IMG/VR virus record: IMGVR_UViG_3300010429_001883
Coordinates: 32,001-96,000 of that record
Source of the DNA: a virus
Taxonomy: Duplodnaviria > Caudoviricetes
Direction: 5' to 3' (one strand)
DNA: 64,000 bases
Shown: positions 17,422-27,900 of the stretch, piece after piece
Layout of the letters: every line of letters begins with the position of its first letter
Numbering within the stretch: position 1 is the first letter of the stretch
Notes under the pieces: generated by a model
What the model was told of the DNA's origin: nothing
Databases searched by the model: none
The model's input: the letters and a program-made list of their open reading frames with translations, nothing else
Position numbers and translations under genes: made by a program

Positions 17422-18257
17422 ACATTCCTCTCAGTTGCTATTTTTTGGGTGTATTCTATGAACCTCGTTAAACTATCCTGAAATTGTTGATACTTTTCTA
17501 CATAAATATTTCTCATAGCTTCACTGTTCATTGTTGATTTAGCTTTATCTGTTTCTTCAATACCCCACCCACACCCCAACCACCCCGTTTCTAGGTTTAT
17601 TTCGTCTTTTTTAAAGTAACCATCAGGAACTATTACTACTGGGCACCCACATAATCTGGCATTATCATATAAAGATGTAACTACATCATACGTTATGAAA
17701 AGTTCAGACCTACAAAATAATTCAGCCAGTTGGTTTTGTTCTTGTGGCCACCCTCGTGTTATTTCTTTTGCTCCAGCTGTTTCTGGAATTCGTTTAGTTC
17801 TCGATCCTTTTCCTACATAAAAACAAATACCTGATCTTGGTAATTTACGATCATAATAAATATCCAATTCGATTGTTGGAAGGAAAAGTTGTCTTTCATC
17901 AGGCAATCCAAACATGCCATAGGCTTTTGAAAACGGATAAATTAGATCTTCTGGTGGGTATTCTGTTGGGCCACCTATTTTACCTGGCCTGTTTAAAACC
18001 CACCTAACGACTGTTTTGCAATTAAATGGATTACCGAATATAATTTCTGGGTATACTGCGATAGCCCCTGACTTTGAAATTCTTTCAATTGCTGGATCAT
18101 TGGTTAGGGGGGCAACTTTCCACGGCGGATGCTGCACATCCGTATTCATGTATACATATGCGTTTCTTTTTTGTATTTCATAAGCCAATGCGTGTAATGT
18201 TTTACATCCGCCGCTTCTTCTATCAAATGGAGGTGCCCAAACAATATATGGAAACAT
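17418..18257 (-). CDS. Polysaccharide-locus protein, probable GT-B-fold glycosyltransferase
   Basis: SGG..LH.L, AVYPE..GNPF, FYVGKG, A.LCGCPVV; context. Confidence 0.5.
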   Translation of the reverse strand: MFPYIVWAPPFDRRSGGCKTLHALAYEIQKRNAYVYMNTDVQHPPWKVAPLTNDPAIERISKSGAIAVYPEIIFGNPFNCKTVVRWVLNRPGKIGGPTEYPPEDLIYPFSKAYGMFGLPDERQLFLPTIELDIYYDRKLPRSGICFYVGKGSRTKRIPETAGAKEITRGWPQEQNQLAELFCRSELFITYDVVTSLYDNARLCGCPVVIVPDGYFKKDEINLETGWLGCGWGIEETDKAKSTMNSEAMRNIYVEKYQQFQDSLTRFIEYTQKIATERNV

Positions 18258-18265
18258 GGTTTGTA

Positions 18266-19024
18266 CTACTCAACAAAATTTTCTATCTTCCTATTATAAA
18301 AATTATTTACATAATATTGTTTTGTGTTAACCAACTCTTCTCTCCTTTTATTAAATTTATATATAAATTGCTTGGCTTCTCTTTCTTTAAATGCAGTATA
18401 CTCTGATTTTGCTCCGGTGTCAATTGGTTTAGTATTAAAATGCAAAACAAAGCAAAACAATTTATTTAGTAAATATATTCTATAGAATAATTCAGAGTCT
18501 TCGTATCCATACTTGGTAAACTCGTAAAAGAAGCCTAATGCCTTTCTGAGTGCTGGACCAATCATTATAAAGTCACCGGTTATGCCACCATATGTTGTTG
18601 TCCCAACTTCTACGCCGTCTTCTAACCTGAACCTAGAAACTATTGGTCTATCTTTGTAGGTGTGAACACCTAGAACACCTATTTTAGGGTTTTCTGCTAA
18701 GCAATACATCATCCATTGATCCCAGTTAGGTGTATTAATTTCTACATCATTGTCTATTTTAGTAAAGTAATAATTATCTGGTATGTAAGAAAGCACTTGA
18801 TTAAGTGCGCCACCAACACCAATGTTCTTTTTATTGAGAACTAATTTTATTCTCGGATTTTCTTTTTTAAATGCTTTTAAATACGAAACTGTTTCTGTAT
18901 CAGACCCGTTATCAATAACAAAAATTTCAGTATCTCTAGAAGTGTTTTCTACAAGCTTTGGCAATGACTGTTGTGTTAAATAGAGCCTATTGAAAGATGT
19001 ATAACAAATTGCACCAAGCATCAC
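18266..19024 (-). CDS. GT2 glycosyltransferase
   Basis: IDNGSD, NIGVGGALN, KIDND, GYEDSE. Confidence 0.85.
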   Translation of the reverse strand: MMLGAICYTSFNRLYLTQQSLPKLVENTSRDTEIFVIDNGSDTETVSYLKAFKKENPRIKLVLNKKNIGVGGALNQVLSYIPDNYYFTKIDNDVEINTPNWDQWMMYCLAENPKIGVLGVHTYKDRPIVSRFRLEDGVEVGTTTYGGITGDFIMIGPALRKALGFFYEFTKYGYEDSELFYRIYLLNKLFCFVLHFNTKPIDTGAKSEYTAFKEREAKQFIYKFNKRREELVNTKQYYVNNFYNRKIENFVE

Positions 19025-19815
19025 AGTTCTCCTGGAAATTTAGGAACTGTTAGCTGCCCTCTTAAACTTTTAGTTTTTGTTTCAGCAATTATCTTTGTTT
19101 CTTCTAGTTGTCCAAGATCTATGTGCTTACCAATGAAATCTATTAAGTAAATAGCTTCTCCATGTTTTCTCAATGTTTGAGAAAGCCGAGTATCTTCAAA
19201 ACCATATATTCTTTCTTCACTAAATCTTTTATTCTTTAAAAGATCTGCTCTGTACATGCTGCAAGCTCCAAGTAAGTGAGGAACTTTACCAATAGCATAC
19301 TTGTTGCCGGTTGTTGTTTCTATGTAGTACTTTGGGTTCCAGTTTTCATCCACAAAGTTATTTTTTATATCAAGTTCACTGTGTGGAGTTAGCCCAACTT
19401 GGCTATAACTGCCATTTGAGTTTTCAAGGACATCAACCAAACCGAAGAGCCAATCTTTACGAACCTTTTCTTTTGGTATGCACAGGAAAGGGATATGGAC
19501 AATTCTTTCTTTGGTTGGAACTATGAAATCATTATCTAATTTTAGGAAGTGTTGTTCTGGTTTTCTAATGTCCAAAACAGTATTTAGAACTTTACCAACC
19601 CCATAATTCTTGTCAAAGAAATGCACTTTAAAGGTTGACCCGTTGTCAAGAACCTTTCCGTCCCAAGTCTTTAAGTATTCAACTACATCCTGGGGTGAGC
19701 CGTTGTCGCAAATGACGCAATCAAATGGCATATTTGTAAGCTCTAATGCTTCCAAACACTCTTTTGTATAAGAAAGCCTATACCAACTTGTAATTCCAAT
19801 TAATACTTTATTCAT
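19021..19815 (-). CDS. GT2 glycosyltransferase
   Basis: CDNGS, NYGV..LN, KLDND, YGFED. Confidence 0.85.
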   Translation of the reverse strand: MNKVLIGITSWYRLSYTKECLEALELTNMPFDCVICDNGSPQDVVEYLKTWDGKVLDNGSTFKVHFFDKNYGVGKVLNTVLDIRKPEQHFLKLDNDFIVPTKERIVHIPFLCIPKEKVRKDWLFGLVDVLENSNGSYSQVGLTPHSELDIKNNFVDENWNPKYYIETTTGNKYAIGKVPHLLGACSMYRADLLKNKRFSEERIYGFEDTRLSQTLRKHGEAIYLIDFIGKHIDLGQLEETKIIAETKTKSLRGQLTVPKFPGEL

Positions 19816-20567
19816 TTCAACCTGCCTTCTTTAATCCACTGCTCGTGTTTTTTTGACATCCTGTTTGCTGCCTTAACATGCTCTCCGGCGATATTAGGAA
19901 CCTTGCTTATGCTTCGACTACCATAATGTAAGATCCAAGAATTACCGACGATATAGGCCGTATATTTGTTTCTTTCCATTCGCCAGTGGTAATCAACATC
20001 TTCCATCATGCCAAATGGGGCTATTTCTTCGTCTAAAAATCCAACGTCGTCTAGAAGATTGCGCTTGAACAGTAAACAAACAAACGGAACGTGGGAGTTG
20101 TAATGATGAACGTTGTCATTGTACCATGAGGGCTTCTCCGAAGCCGATTTGACAACCTGGGCAGGCACACACGCAAAGGTCGTAAGTGGGGCGACATACC
20201 CCAGCTTGCGATCCCCCAATGTAGAACTTACCTTGTAGCTTCTTAAGCAGTCTTCATACCCTGAAGTTAGTGCCGATAGCCAGTTTTCCGACACTACGGT
20301 ATCATTATTCAAGATACAATAATAGTCTTCATCGGATTCGGAAAACCTTAAACAGTACCTCAATCCGTGATTATATCCGCCAGCAAAACCAGTGTTTGTG
20401 GACAGATTAAGATAATCTACACCAATATGTTCTAAGAAATTAGTATTATCCGTTGATCCGTTATTCACGAACACTATGTGTGCTTTTGGCGAAAAGGCCT
20501 TAACACTTTCTATACATCCCATGGAAAGTTCCCAATTATTCCAACCAACTATAACAACGTGTACCAT
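19812..20567 (-). CDS. GT2 glycosyltransferase
   Basis: VNNGSTD, NTGFAGGYN, LNNDT, GFLDE..EDVDY. Confidence 0.88.
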   Translation of the reverse strand: MVHVVIVGWNNWELSMGCIESVKAFSPKAHIVFVNNGSTDNTNFLEHIGVDYLNLSTNTGFAGGYNHGLRYCLRFSESDEDYYCILNNDTVVSENWLSALTSGYEDCLRSYKVSSTLGDRKLGYVAPLTTFACVPAQVVKSASEKPSWYNDNVHHYNSHVPFVCLLFKRNLLDDVGFLDEEIAPFGMMEDVDYHWRMERNKYTAYIVGNSWILHYGSRSISKVPNIAGEHVKAANRMSKKHEQWIKEGRLK

Positions 20568-21337
20568 TAGTTGACCAGCCTTACTTTTTTGATCGCTAGC
20601 CACGGAATAGCAATCTCCCCTGCAACAAAAGCAGTTATATTAAGAACTTGTAAAAACTTTTGCCAGTTGGAAACGTTCAATATCTTGTTCTTGTAATGCT
20701 CTGTTACTTCGGAAACATCTTGAGCAATTTGTGCTATATAAAATGTTGAATCGTTCATGCCTTCCGCCGTTGCTTGAACTTCAGTTAATAGAATGTTAAC
20801 ATTGCCAAAGATTTCTTGAAGTTGTGTACCTATGATATTCAAGTCATTTGTACCAGCTTCCAGGAATCCTACAATTTGGTCTTTTATAACAATAGTTACC
20901 ATCCCACGAAGCTCAATGATTGTTCTTCGTATTTCAGGTAGAACGCCCATTTCCTGATCATTCATATTATAATTTGTATCTTGAATGAATACTCTAAAAT
21001 CTGTAATAGCTAAATTAGCTGTATCAAATGTTTGAGACATTTTTGAGTTCATATTGCTAAAGGATTTATCAAGGTTTTTATTAACATTTGTTACAGCATC
21101 GACTGTTTGTACTTGAAGCTTTTCCAGGATTTCATTATCATGAATAAATTTTTTATGTGCCTCTACTGTGGCAACTTTTAAATACCTTGCAGTATCTCTT
21201 ATGCTGTCCGTAGTCTGTTCATACTTTGGTTTTAAATCTGCCAAATAAAGATATTCCCAAATAGCTGTTTGCCAAACCAGTACACACAGCCCAGCAACTA
21301 GAAAACATTTTAAATAAAAATACACTTTTTCTTTCAT
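20567..21337 (-). CDS. Helical protein with N- and C-terminal TM segments
   Basis: Hydrophobic ends with a long heptad-like middle. Confidence 0.6.
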   Translation of the reverse strand: MKEKVYFYLKCFLVAGLCVLVWQTAIWEYLYLADLKPKYEQTTDSIRDTARYLKVATVEAHKKFIHDNEILEKLQVQTVDAVTNVNKNLDKSFSNMNSKMSQTFDTANLAITDFRVFIQDTNYNMNDQEMGVLPEIRRTIIELRGMVTIVIKDQIVGFLEAGTNDLNIIGTQLQEIFGNVNILLTEVQATAEGMNDSTFYIAQIAQDVSEVTEHYKNKILNVSNWQKFLQVLNITAFVAGEIAIPWLAIKKVRLVN

Positions 21338-21882
21338 CTGTGAGTAACCCCGCTGGATACAAAAGTTGCTATTTTATTTCCAACAAGAAGTCTCATTAGC
21401 GTGTTAGGGTCTGTGAACGATGGCCTTATTGTTCCATTAAGAATACCTGACTTGGCAAGACCGCCCATAATAAGTTCTGAGCAAAACCACTTCGTTGGAT
21501 TTTCTTTATCTTCGTTTGTTTTATCAAGGATTGGATCATAAACTGGATTTAGTAAGAAATTTAACATTGCCCTAAAATCATATTTCTTATAAACCTGTTC
21601 TAGGACGAATCGTTCAAAAGCCATTTTCTGTGCCAGAGTACAGGGAATGTTAAATATATCATACTTTGTTCCACTTCTGTGTGAAAAATTTATATCAGCT
21701 ATTCTTACCCAGCCTCTCCAAGCTTCGACAACTATTGGCACATTTTTACAGTAACAAATGTTTGAGTTTGGTAATAAATAGGCTATGTGTGAGTACGGTC
21801 CGTTTGTTCTTAATTTTATTAGTTTAGATAATATAGACTTTCCTGAACAAGCTAATAGATTAATACTATCTGTCATTATCAC
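21334..21882 (-). CDS. Permuted papain-like NlpC/P60 (YiiX/YebB-like) amidase
   Basis: PYSHIAY, KYDF, WFCSELI (His before Cys). Confidence 0.75.
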   Translation of the reverse strand: MIMTDSINLLACSGKSILSKLIKLRTNGPYSHIAYLLPNSNICYCKNVPIVVEAWRGWVRIADINFSHRSGTKYDIFNIPCTLAQKMAFERFVLEQVYKKYDFRAMLNFLLNPVYDPILDKTNEDKENPTKWFCSELIMGGLAKSGILNGTIRPSFTDPNTLMRLLVGNKIATFVSSGVTHR

Positions 21883-22250
21883 TCCTGCGGCGAACCTTCT
21901 TCTATTTTTTGAATTTCTCCCCTTAGTTTATACAATTCTACACCAAGATCATGTAACTCGTACTCAAGCTCACCAATTTTGTTTAATATAATTTCTTCTT
22001 TAGACAACAATTCTTCTAGATTAATGGGTTTTCCCTCTTCATTTACTTTTACCATATATTTTCCCTTCACAAAACACTCTTTCGCTTTAAATGATTCAGA
22101 CGGATTGGCAAGGTCAGATAATGCCTTTAATTGCTTTGACCATAACGTACAATAGGCTCCGAACTTAAACATTCTAACCCAAAAATAGCAATTAGAACAA
22201 AATATGCCTTGAGGTATTTCTATTTCATTTTTAAGTTTTCTTTTTGCCAT
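21879..22250 (-). CDS. Hypothetical Cys-rich protein with C-terminal coiled coil
   Basis: CSNC..C..C pattern. Confidence 0.6.
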   Translation of the reverse strand: MAKRKLKNEIEIPQGIFCSNCYFWVRMFKFGAYCTLWSKQLKALSDLANPSESFKAKECFVKGKYMVKVNEEGKPINLEELLSKEEIILNKIGELEYELHDLGVELYKLRGEIQKIEEGSPQE

Positions 22251-22270
22251 TTTCTCTCTTTAAATGGAGC

Positions 22271-22336
22271 GGGCCGGGTGTTTACCTTTTAAGGTTTTTA
22301 TCAGCTAAGTGCTGAGACATTGTAAAACTCCGGCCC
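22271..22336 (-). ncRNA. Structured leader/sRNA (three-way-junction candidate)
   Basis: GGGCCGG/CCGGCCC closing stem, TCAGC/GCTGA and ACCT/AGGT hairpins, starting at the predicted TSS. Confidence 0.45.
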
Positions 22337-22342
22337 ATTACC

Positions 22343-22371
22343 ATTTTACTAATTTATTTATTATTTGTCAA
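22343..22371 (-). promoter_or_regulatory. Sigma70-type promoter
   Basis: TTGACA-17 nt-TAAAAT. Confidence 0.75.
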
Positions 22372-22382
22372 GAAGTTTATTA

Positions 22383-22700
22383 TTACTTTTGTCTAAACAG
22401 CTTCTTAGAATCATCTGATAACTTATCATAGTTTCTTCTAGTAATAATTATGTTAAAAGCTCCATCTCGTATTGCTGAAGCAATCGCTTTCAAAATCTCT
22501 TCATATGGCAAAGAAGGAATAATTTCATAAAACACGGGACGATTATCTATATCTTCAAACGCGCTATGTTTTATATCACTACTAACAATTTTTAAAAAGT
22601 CTTGGGGGTTTAGTCCTTGCGGGCTAAACTCCCCAAGAGATATCTCTGTTTCATTGTCAGTGTCTATAGAAGTTTCTTCTACAACAACTTTTAATTCCAC
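22383..22700 (-). CDS. Hypothetical protein
   Basis: Coupled to the upstream gene. Confidence 0.6.
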   Translation of the reverse strand: MELKVVVEETSIDTDNETEISLGEFSPQGLNPQDFLKIVSSDIKHSAFEDIDNRPVFYEIIPSLPYEEILKAIASAIRDGAFNIIITRRNYDKLSDDSKKLFRQK

Positions 22701-23335
22701 TACTTTTTCTCCAGTTCTTTCAATAGAGCTTCCATTTCCTTTGTCTTTTCTGGCTGTGTCTTTAGTGCGCCAAGCAATTTATCATCATCGTAGGGGGCCG
22801 CAGCCACGCTAATAGTTGCTGTCTTGTCCGTTGTTACTTCAGGAATTGCTGGACAAACAACGTCAATCTTCAAATAAGCCAGATCAACCTGATCGCCATC
22901 TTTGATTTCTACATTAGGCAAGACAATAGTTATCACTGTTTGCACTGTGGATATAACAACATTGACGTACAACTGTGCCTTTGGATCTACATCTAGTTCG
23001 TCGAACAGAGCCTGCATAACTTCCTTAGCACTTGATAGATTAACCGTAATCTGCTCAGTACCTATGTCCTTGTTTTCAAGATATGCTTGTAGTCCGTCAA
23101 TGCCTATATTCCAAAAAGCTTGGAACTTCATATGAGCTTTGCAGGTTTTATCAAGCTTATCAAATTCGCCAGTAGTTGCAAACAGATTCATTGTGTTTGT
23201 AATAACACTCTTATAGGCTTGACCGCCTATGTACAAATAACTCTTCAACTTATCGACACTTTCTCCGCCGCATGACACCAACAGAACTACTGCCGGTATA
23301 AGTAGAAAAGACAACATAATTTTTAGATATTTCAT
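22700..23335 (-). CDS. Putative lipoprotein
   Basis: GGAGGAG RBS; MKYLK + hydrophobic stretch + lipobox LVSC. Confidence 0.7.
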   Translation of the reverse strand: MKYLKIMLSFLLIPAVVLLVSCGGESVDKLKSYLYIGGQAYKSVITNTMNLFATTGEFDKLDKTCKAHMKFQAFWNIGIDGLQAYLENKDIGTEQITVNLSSAKEVMQALFDELDVDPKAQLYVNVVISTVQTVITIVLPNVEIKDGDQVDLAYLKIDVVCPAIPEVTTDKTATISVAAAPYDDDKLLGALKTQPEKTKEMEALLKELEKK

Positions 23336-23381
23336 ACACTCCTCCAAATAATCAGTTAGTGGTCTGTTGCCACTTATGTGT

Positions 23382-23409
23382 AGTATAGCACAAAAATTTC
23401 AAATGTCAA
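23382..23409 (-). promoter_or_regulatory. Sigma70-type promoter
   Basis: TTGACA-16 nt-TATACT with extended -10 TG. Confidence 0.65.
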
Positions 23410-23554
23410 CTAGATATTTTATGCGAATTGGCATGAAATTTGCTATATATAATATATTATTAATTACTGTATATGATCAGCTACAGTAACTAGTAAAATT
23501 ACAGTATCTAGTCAGCTACTACAGTAACTGTAGACTTACAAGATACAGAGAGTA

Positions 23555-23587
23555 AATTCTATTTCCCCTGTAAGGGGAAATAGAATT
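23555..23587. repeat. Perfect 15-bp inverted repeat with GTA loop
   Basis: AATTCTATTTCCCCT-GTA-AGGGGAAATAGAATT. Confidence 0.85.
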
Positions 23588-23609
23588 ATATACTCTATAG
23601 AAAATTTAC

Positions 23610-23969
23610 TTGCTTAGTTGCATAGTTGGTGGTATACTATGTCTGCGAAAGCACCCTTCTGCGGAGGTTGAAGTGAAGTTAAAAGTAGATAAATCTGTGT
23701 TTTCTGATGAGCTAGATGCCCTAAGTGTAGAACTGGTGCCAAGATTTGAAGAGGCTGTTAGTGGGAGCGAAGAGATACTTAGTGCTATAAAGACTGCATC
23801 ATATAGGTTTAATGCTAACGGCGAGCTGCTAGTCAGAACAATGAAAAAGTATGACCATATAGACAGCATTAAATTACAAAATGCCGTAAAAATTTTTATG
23901 GATCAGTTACTTATATCTGTTGACAAGAAGTACGGCAAACTAAAGGTACTGCTAGATAGGAGACAATAG
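23610..23969 (+). CDS. Hypothetical protein (start uncertain, likely downstream)
   Basis: GGAGG at ~23663 suggests a later GTG start. Confidence 0.5.
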   Translation: MLSCIVGGILCLRKHPSAEVEVKLKVDKSVFSDELDALSVELVPRFEEAVSGSEEILSAIKTASYRFNANGELLVRTMKKYDHIDSIKLQNAVKIFMDQLLISVDKKYGKLKVLLDRRQ

Positions 23970-24319
23970 TGGATTTTCTATTACAATCAGATATTGCCGG
24001 TACTTTTGATTCTTACAGACGTATATTTGATTATGGTCTGGCGGGATTTCTGGTTCTTTTTTATGTGTTTAAAATTGTTAGAATGGGTGATGAACATAGA
24101 CAGGAATTATTAAAAGTAAGAAAATCAATACTTTTACGTATTGCTAGAATAGAGTCAGCAATGGTCCTATTATCTTCATTGTTACAGATGAGACCCTGTA
24201 TGTTTGAGAAGCGTATAGAAATCGAGAGTACGTTTAAGCACATGTTGACACCAGAAGAGTTTGATGATTTGGACCTTGTGAAAGAAAAAGAGAGGAAAAC
24301 AAACGATGAGCAATATTGA
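23969..24319 (+). CDS. Single-TM protein, possible holin
   Basis: N-terminal TM (YGLAGFLVLFYVF) with a charged tail. Confidence 0.4.
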   Translation: MDFLLQSDIAGTFDSYRRIFDYGLAGFLVLFYVFKIVRMGDEHRQELLKVRKSILLRIARIESAMVLLSSLLQMRPCMFEKRIEIESTFKHMLTPEEFDDLDLVKEKERKTNDEQY

Positions 24320-24902
24320 AATGCTGCTAACTATTGCTATTATTGGGCTTTTAATTTATGAATTTTTTCACAAAAGGTCTGCTAAAATTCAGTTTAAAGA
24401 AGATATGGACAAAATGGACAACAGTATCTCTAAATTTAACAAATTTGTAGACACTGTTGCTTTTCATGAAATTGGTTTTGGTATTGGAGAAGTTTATAAA
24501 GATTCACAACACCACGACCACTCCAACGGCAAACTAAAAATAAGTTTTAAAGAAAAAAATGTTGATGTTTTAGTGGTACATTCTTCCAAAGAGAATGGTT
24601 ATGGAATATATAAAATATTTGCTGACAGTGGGTTTTCTACTAAGTGTGTAAGTTGGGATAAAAATGCCGCTATTATTTGGGTTTTAAAGGGTAAAGCAAC
24701 TTTTAAAATTTTTGATGATTCAGAAAAACTTACATCTTTAAGCACTCTTGATCCTGGAGACTATATTAATTTGGCTCCAGGCACTAAACATACTATGGAA
24801 GTTGATAGTAATACAGCGATGTTGGCTATTTTTATACCGCCGCTGTGTGCTACTGTTGATGATATAAAACGAATGCGAGAGGAAATAGGGTTTGAGGTAT
24901 AG
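24306..24902 (+). CDS. Membrane-anchored cupin-fold protein
   Basis: N-terminal TM; IWVLKG..LDPGDYINLAPGTKH..MLAIFIPP. Confidence 0.65.
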   Translation: MSNIEMLLTIAIIGLLIYEFFHKRSAKIQFKEDMDKMDNSISKFNKFVDTVAFHEIGFGIGEVYKDSQHHDHSNGKLKISFKEKNVDVLVVHSSKENGYGIYKIFADSGFSTKCVSWDKNAAIIWVLKGKATFKIFDDSEKLTSLSTLDPGDYINLAPGTKHTMEVDSNTAMLAIFIPPLCATVDDIKRMREEIGFEV

Positions 24903-27900
24903 ACGAAGGGGAGAAGAATTCATCTTTGATTACGGGGAGGCCTTCCCCGAAAATCCAAAGATATTTACTTTTTTTATTCGTACAGATCTGATCGAAAGTG
25001 AAGATGTACAGATACCTCTTTTTTTCTATAATGGCAAGAAATGGATACCAATTGCCGGTAACGACGCGTTTTCTGTCGAAGCAGAAACAAGTCGTGACTA
25101 TAATATTAAACCAATAACTAGAGATCAGATCGGTAGAAATAGTTTAATTTTTCCTGATCAGTCAACTTCAAAAAATCCCCCCAGTGCAAAACAAGTACAA
25201 GATGCAATAGAAAAGGTAAAAGATTTTCTTGGATCTTCTCCTTTGGCCCAAAGTTTAATAGATAAGTTAAGAACAGGTCCCACAAGTACAGGTGTTTCTA
25301 GCAGTTCGGATGATTTTTCAAACGATGGCAAATTTGTACCAAGAGCTGCAGAACAAACAGCTGCCGAAGCAGAAGAAAGTATAGATACTTCTGGAGCAGC
25401 GCAGTTTGATTCTGAAGGCAATTTTATACCGAGACCCGTAAATCCTGATTTTGATGCTTATCGTTTTAATGGGGTCAGTACAACTCCATATGAACAATGC
25501 GGATTAGTAGAGTCTGGTAGTTTATGTCCAGAGATAGAGTATGTTGTTGTTGAAACCTATAAGGATGATCCAAGAATTCCATACGATTGTTATAGGGTTA
25601 GTTGGTCTATACCTGACGTAAAAGTATGGTCTTACTATGTCGAAGGGATTGATGTTAGTAAAGATTTTCCTAGTGAGGGCAATCGTTACGACCTTTTTGA
25701 GTCTGGAAGTGGCTTACTTTCCTCGGACGGAAACTGGTTAACTCTCCCTGTTGAATTAACAGGCGGATCTTATGCTAACAAGTCTATAGAAATTTTTGAC
25801 AATAACAGTAGCTGTAAGATAATAAGAACAATTAAACAAAATACTTCAACAGCAATTGCATTTGAGGCTAAGGTTGATTGGCCGCAAGACACATATACAT
25901 TTGAAATTGTTGAACCGTCACACCTTTTTGTTGATTTTTCTAAAACAGTACCGGTAACAAATGACAATAGCTATGAGAATATTAGTCAAAGGTCTGGTTA
26001 TTTTGGTGTATTGATCAGATATAATTGGCGTGATTTAAAGTTTAGGGTTCGTGCAACTAACTGGGCTGGAACAGGCGAGTATTCTATTGGTGTTTATAAT
26101 GATTTTCCTGGCGTTCCTATAGACAATAAAATTCGTATAGATACTGAAAATTCTTACGGTGATTATGTTACTGTTTCATTAGATGATGATAGAAATCCTG
26201 TTTTTCTTGTTTTTGATGGAGACGACTCTTTAATAGAAGTTATTCCTATAACTGGCGGTTTCGGAGAATCTGGTTATTCTGGTTACTCTGGGTACAGCGG
26301 CAAGTCTGGCTATTCTGGTTATAGCGGAATATCTGGATATTCCGGAAAAAGTGGTTATTCAGGATACTCGGGAGTTTCCGGGTATTCTGGGTATTCTGGT
26401 TATTCTGGAATAAGCGGATATTCTGGCTCGGGGGTTTCTGGATATTCGGGTTCTGGAGTGTCTGGATACAGTGGCTATTCTGGAACTAGTGGTTATTCTG
26501 GGATTTCAGGATATTCTGGTATAAGTGGTTATAGCGGAATATCTGGTTTTAGTGGAATATCTGGGTACTCTGGATCTGGAATATCTGGATATTCAGGAAC
26601 TTCTGGTTACAGTGGCTTTAGTGGTTTATCTGGGTATTCAGGTATTTCGGGGTATTCTGGAAATAGTGGATATTCAGGTTCATCGGGATATTCCGGATAC
26701 AGCGGCACGTCTGGTTACTCCGGGTTAAGTGGTTATTCAGGTATTTCCGGATATTCTGGTTCAGGGACATCAGGATATTCTGGCTACAGTGGCGTTTCTG
26801 GATATTCTGGGATATCGGGTTATTCTGGTAATTCAGGATTCAGTGGATACTCAGGCACAAGCGGATATTCAGGTACAAGCGGATATTCTGGCTATTCTGG
26901 TAGTGGTGTTTCTGGTTATAGCGGCTACTCGGGAATTAGTGGATATTCAGGATCAGGAGTAAGCGGATATTCAGGGTATTCTGGCATAAGTGGGTATTCT
27001 GGTTCAGGAGTTTCGGGGTATAGCGGATCTGGAGTATCTGGTTATTCTGGTTATTCTGGAATTTCTGGCTATTCGGGATCTGGAATTAGTGGATATAGTG
27101 GTATTGGGACATCAGGATATTCTGGGTATAGCGGTATCTCGGGGTATTCAGGCTTTAGTGGAATCTCAGGTTATTCTGGGATTTCAGGATACTCTGGGTC
27201 TGGGGTAAGCGGCTATTCTGGCTCTGGAATTTCTGGGTACAGTGGTTCAGGTATTTCAGGATATTCTGGATATTCTGGTTCAGGAATCAGTGGGTATTCT
27301 GGAATTTCTGGCTACTCTGGCTACAGCGGCATATCTGGATACAGCGGGTACTCAGGACCTTCAGGCTACTCCGGTTATAGCGGTACGTCAGGATATTCAG
27401 GCTACTCTGGTATTTCAGGTTATTCTGGTTACTCCGGATCAGGCGTTTCCGGCTATTCTGGTTATTCAGGCGCAAGCGGTTATTCAGGTTACTCTGGAAA
27501 ATCAGGCTACTCTGGCTATTCTGGATCTGGCATAAGTGGATACAGTGGTTATTCTGGTTCTGGGCTTTCTGGCTATTCAGGATATTCGGGTCAAGTAGGC
27601 CCCCCGGGTCCACAAGGGACCTCCGGATATAGCGGTTATTCAGGGGCCCAAGGTGAGGGTGGGGGTTCGTCCGAATTTTCTGTCCTTCAAACCGGTCACG
27701 GATTTTCTGTAGGAAATGTTTTAAAGCCCACCGAAACAGAAAATATTTACGCTTTGGCTCAAGCGGATTCTTATGAAAATGCGGATGCCGTGGGTATTGT
27801 TAGCGAAGTTGTTGGTCCGGACGAATTCAAGTTATTTACTGCCGGGGAGTTAACTACCGGAGTTCCGAATTTTCCAGCCGGATCTCCTGTATTTTTATCC

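Noticed and set aside
7890-20567. Host chromosomal O-antigen locus
   Set aside because: No wzx/wzy/wzm/wzt or flanking housekeeping genes; it is embedded among phage-type genes of similar composition.
22265-22336. tRNA or hammerhead ribozyme
   Set aside because: It ends near a CCA but has no T-loop or cloverleaf; CUGAUAA and GUAAAC deviate from the CUGAUGA/GAAA core and stem I cannot form.
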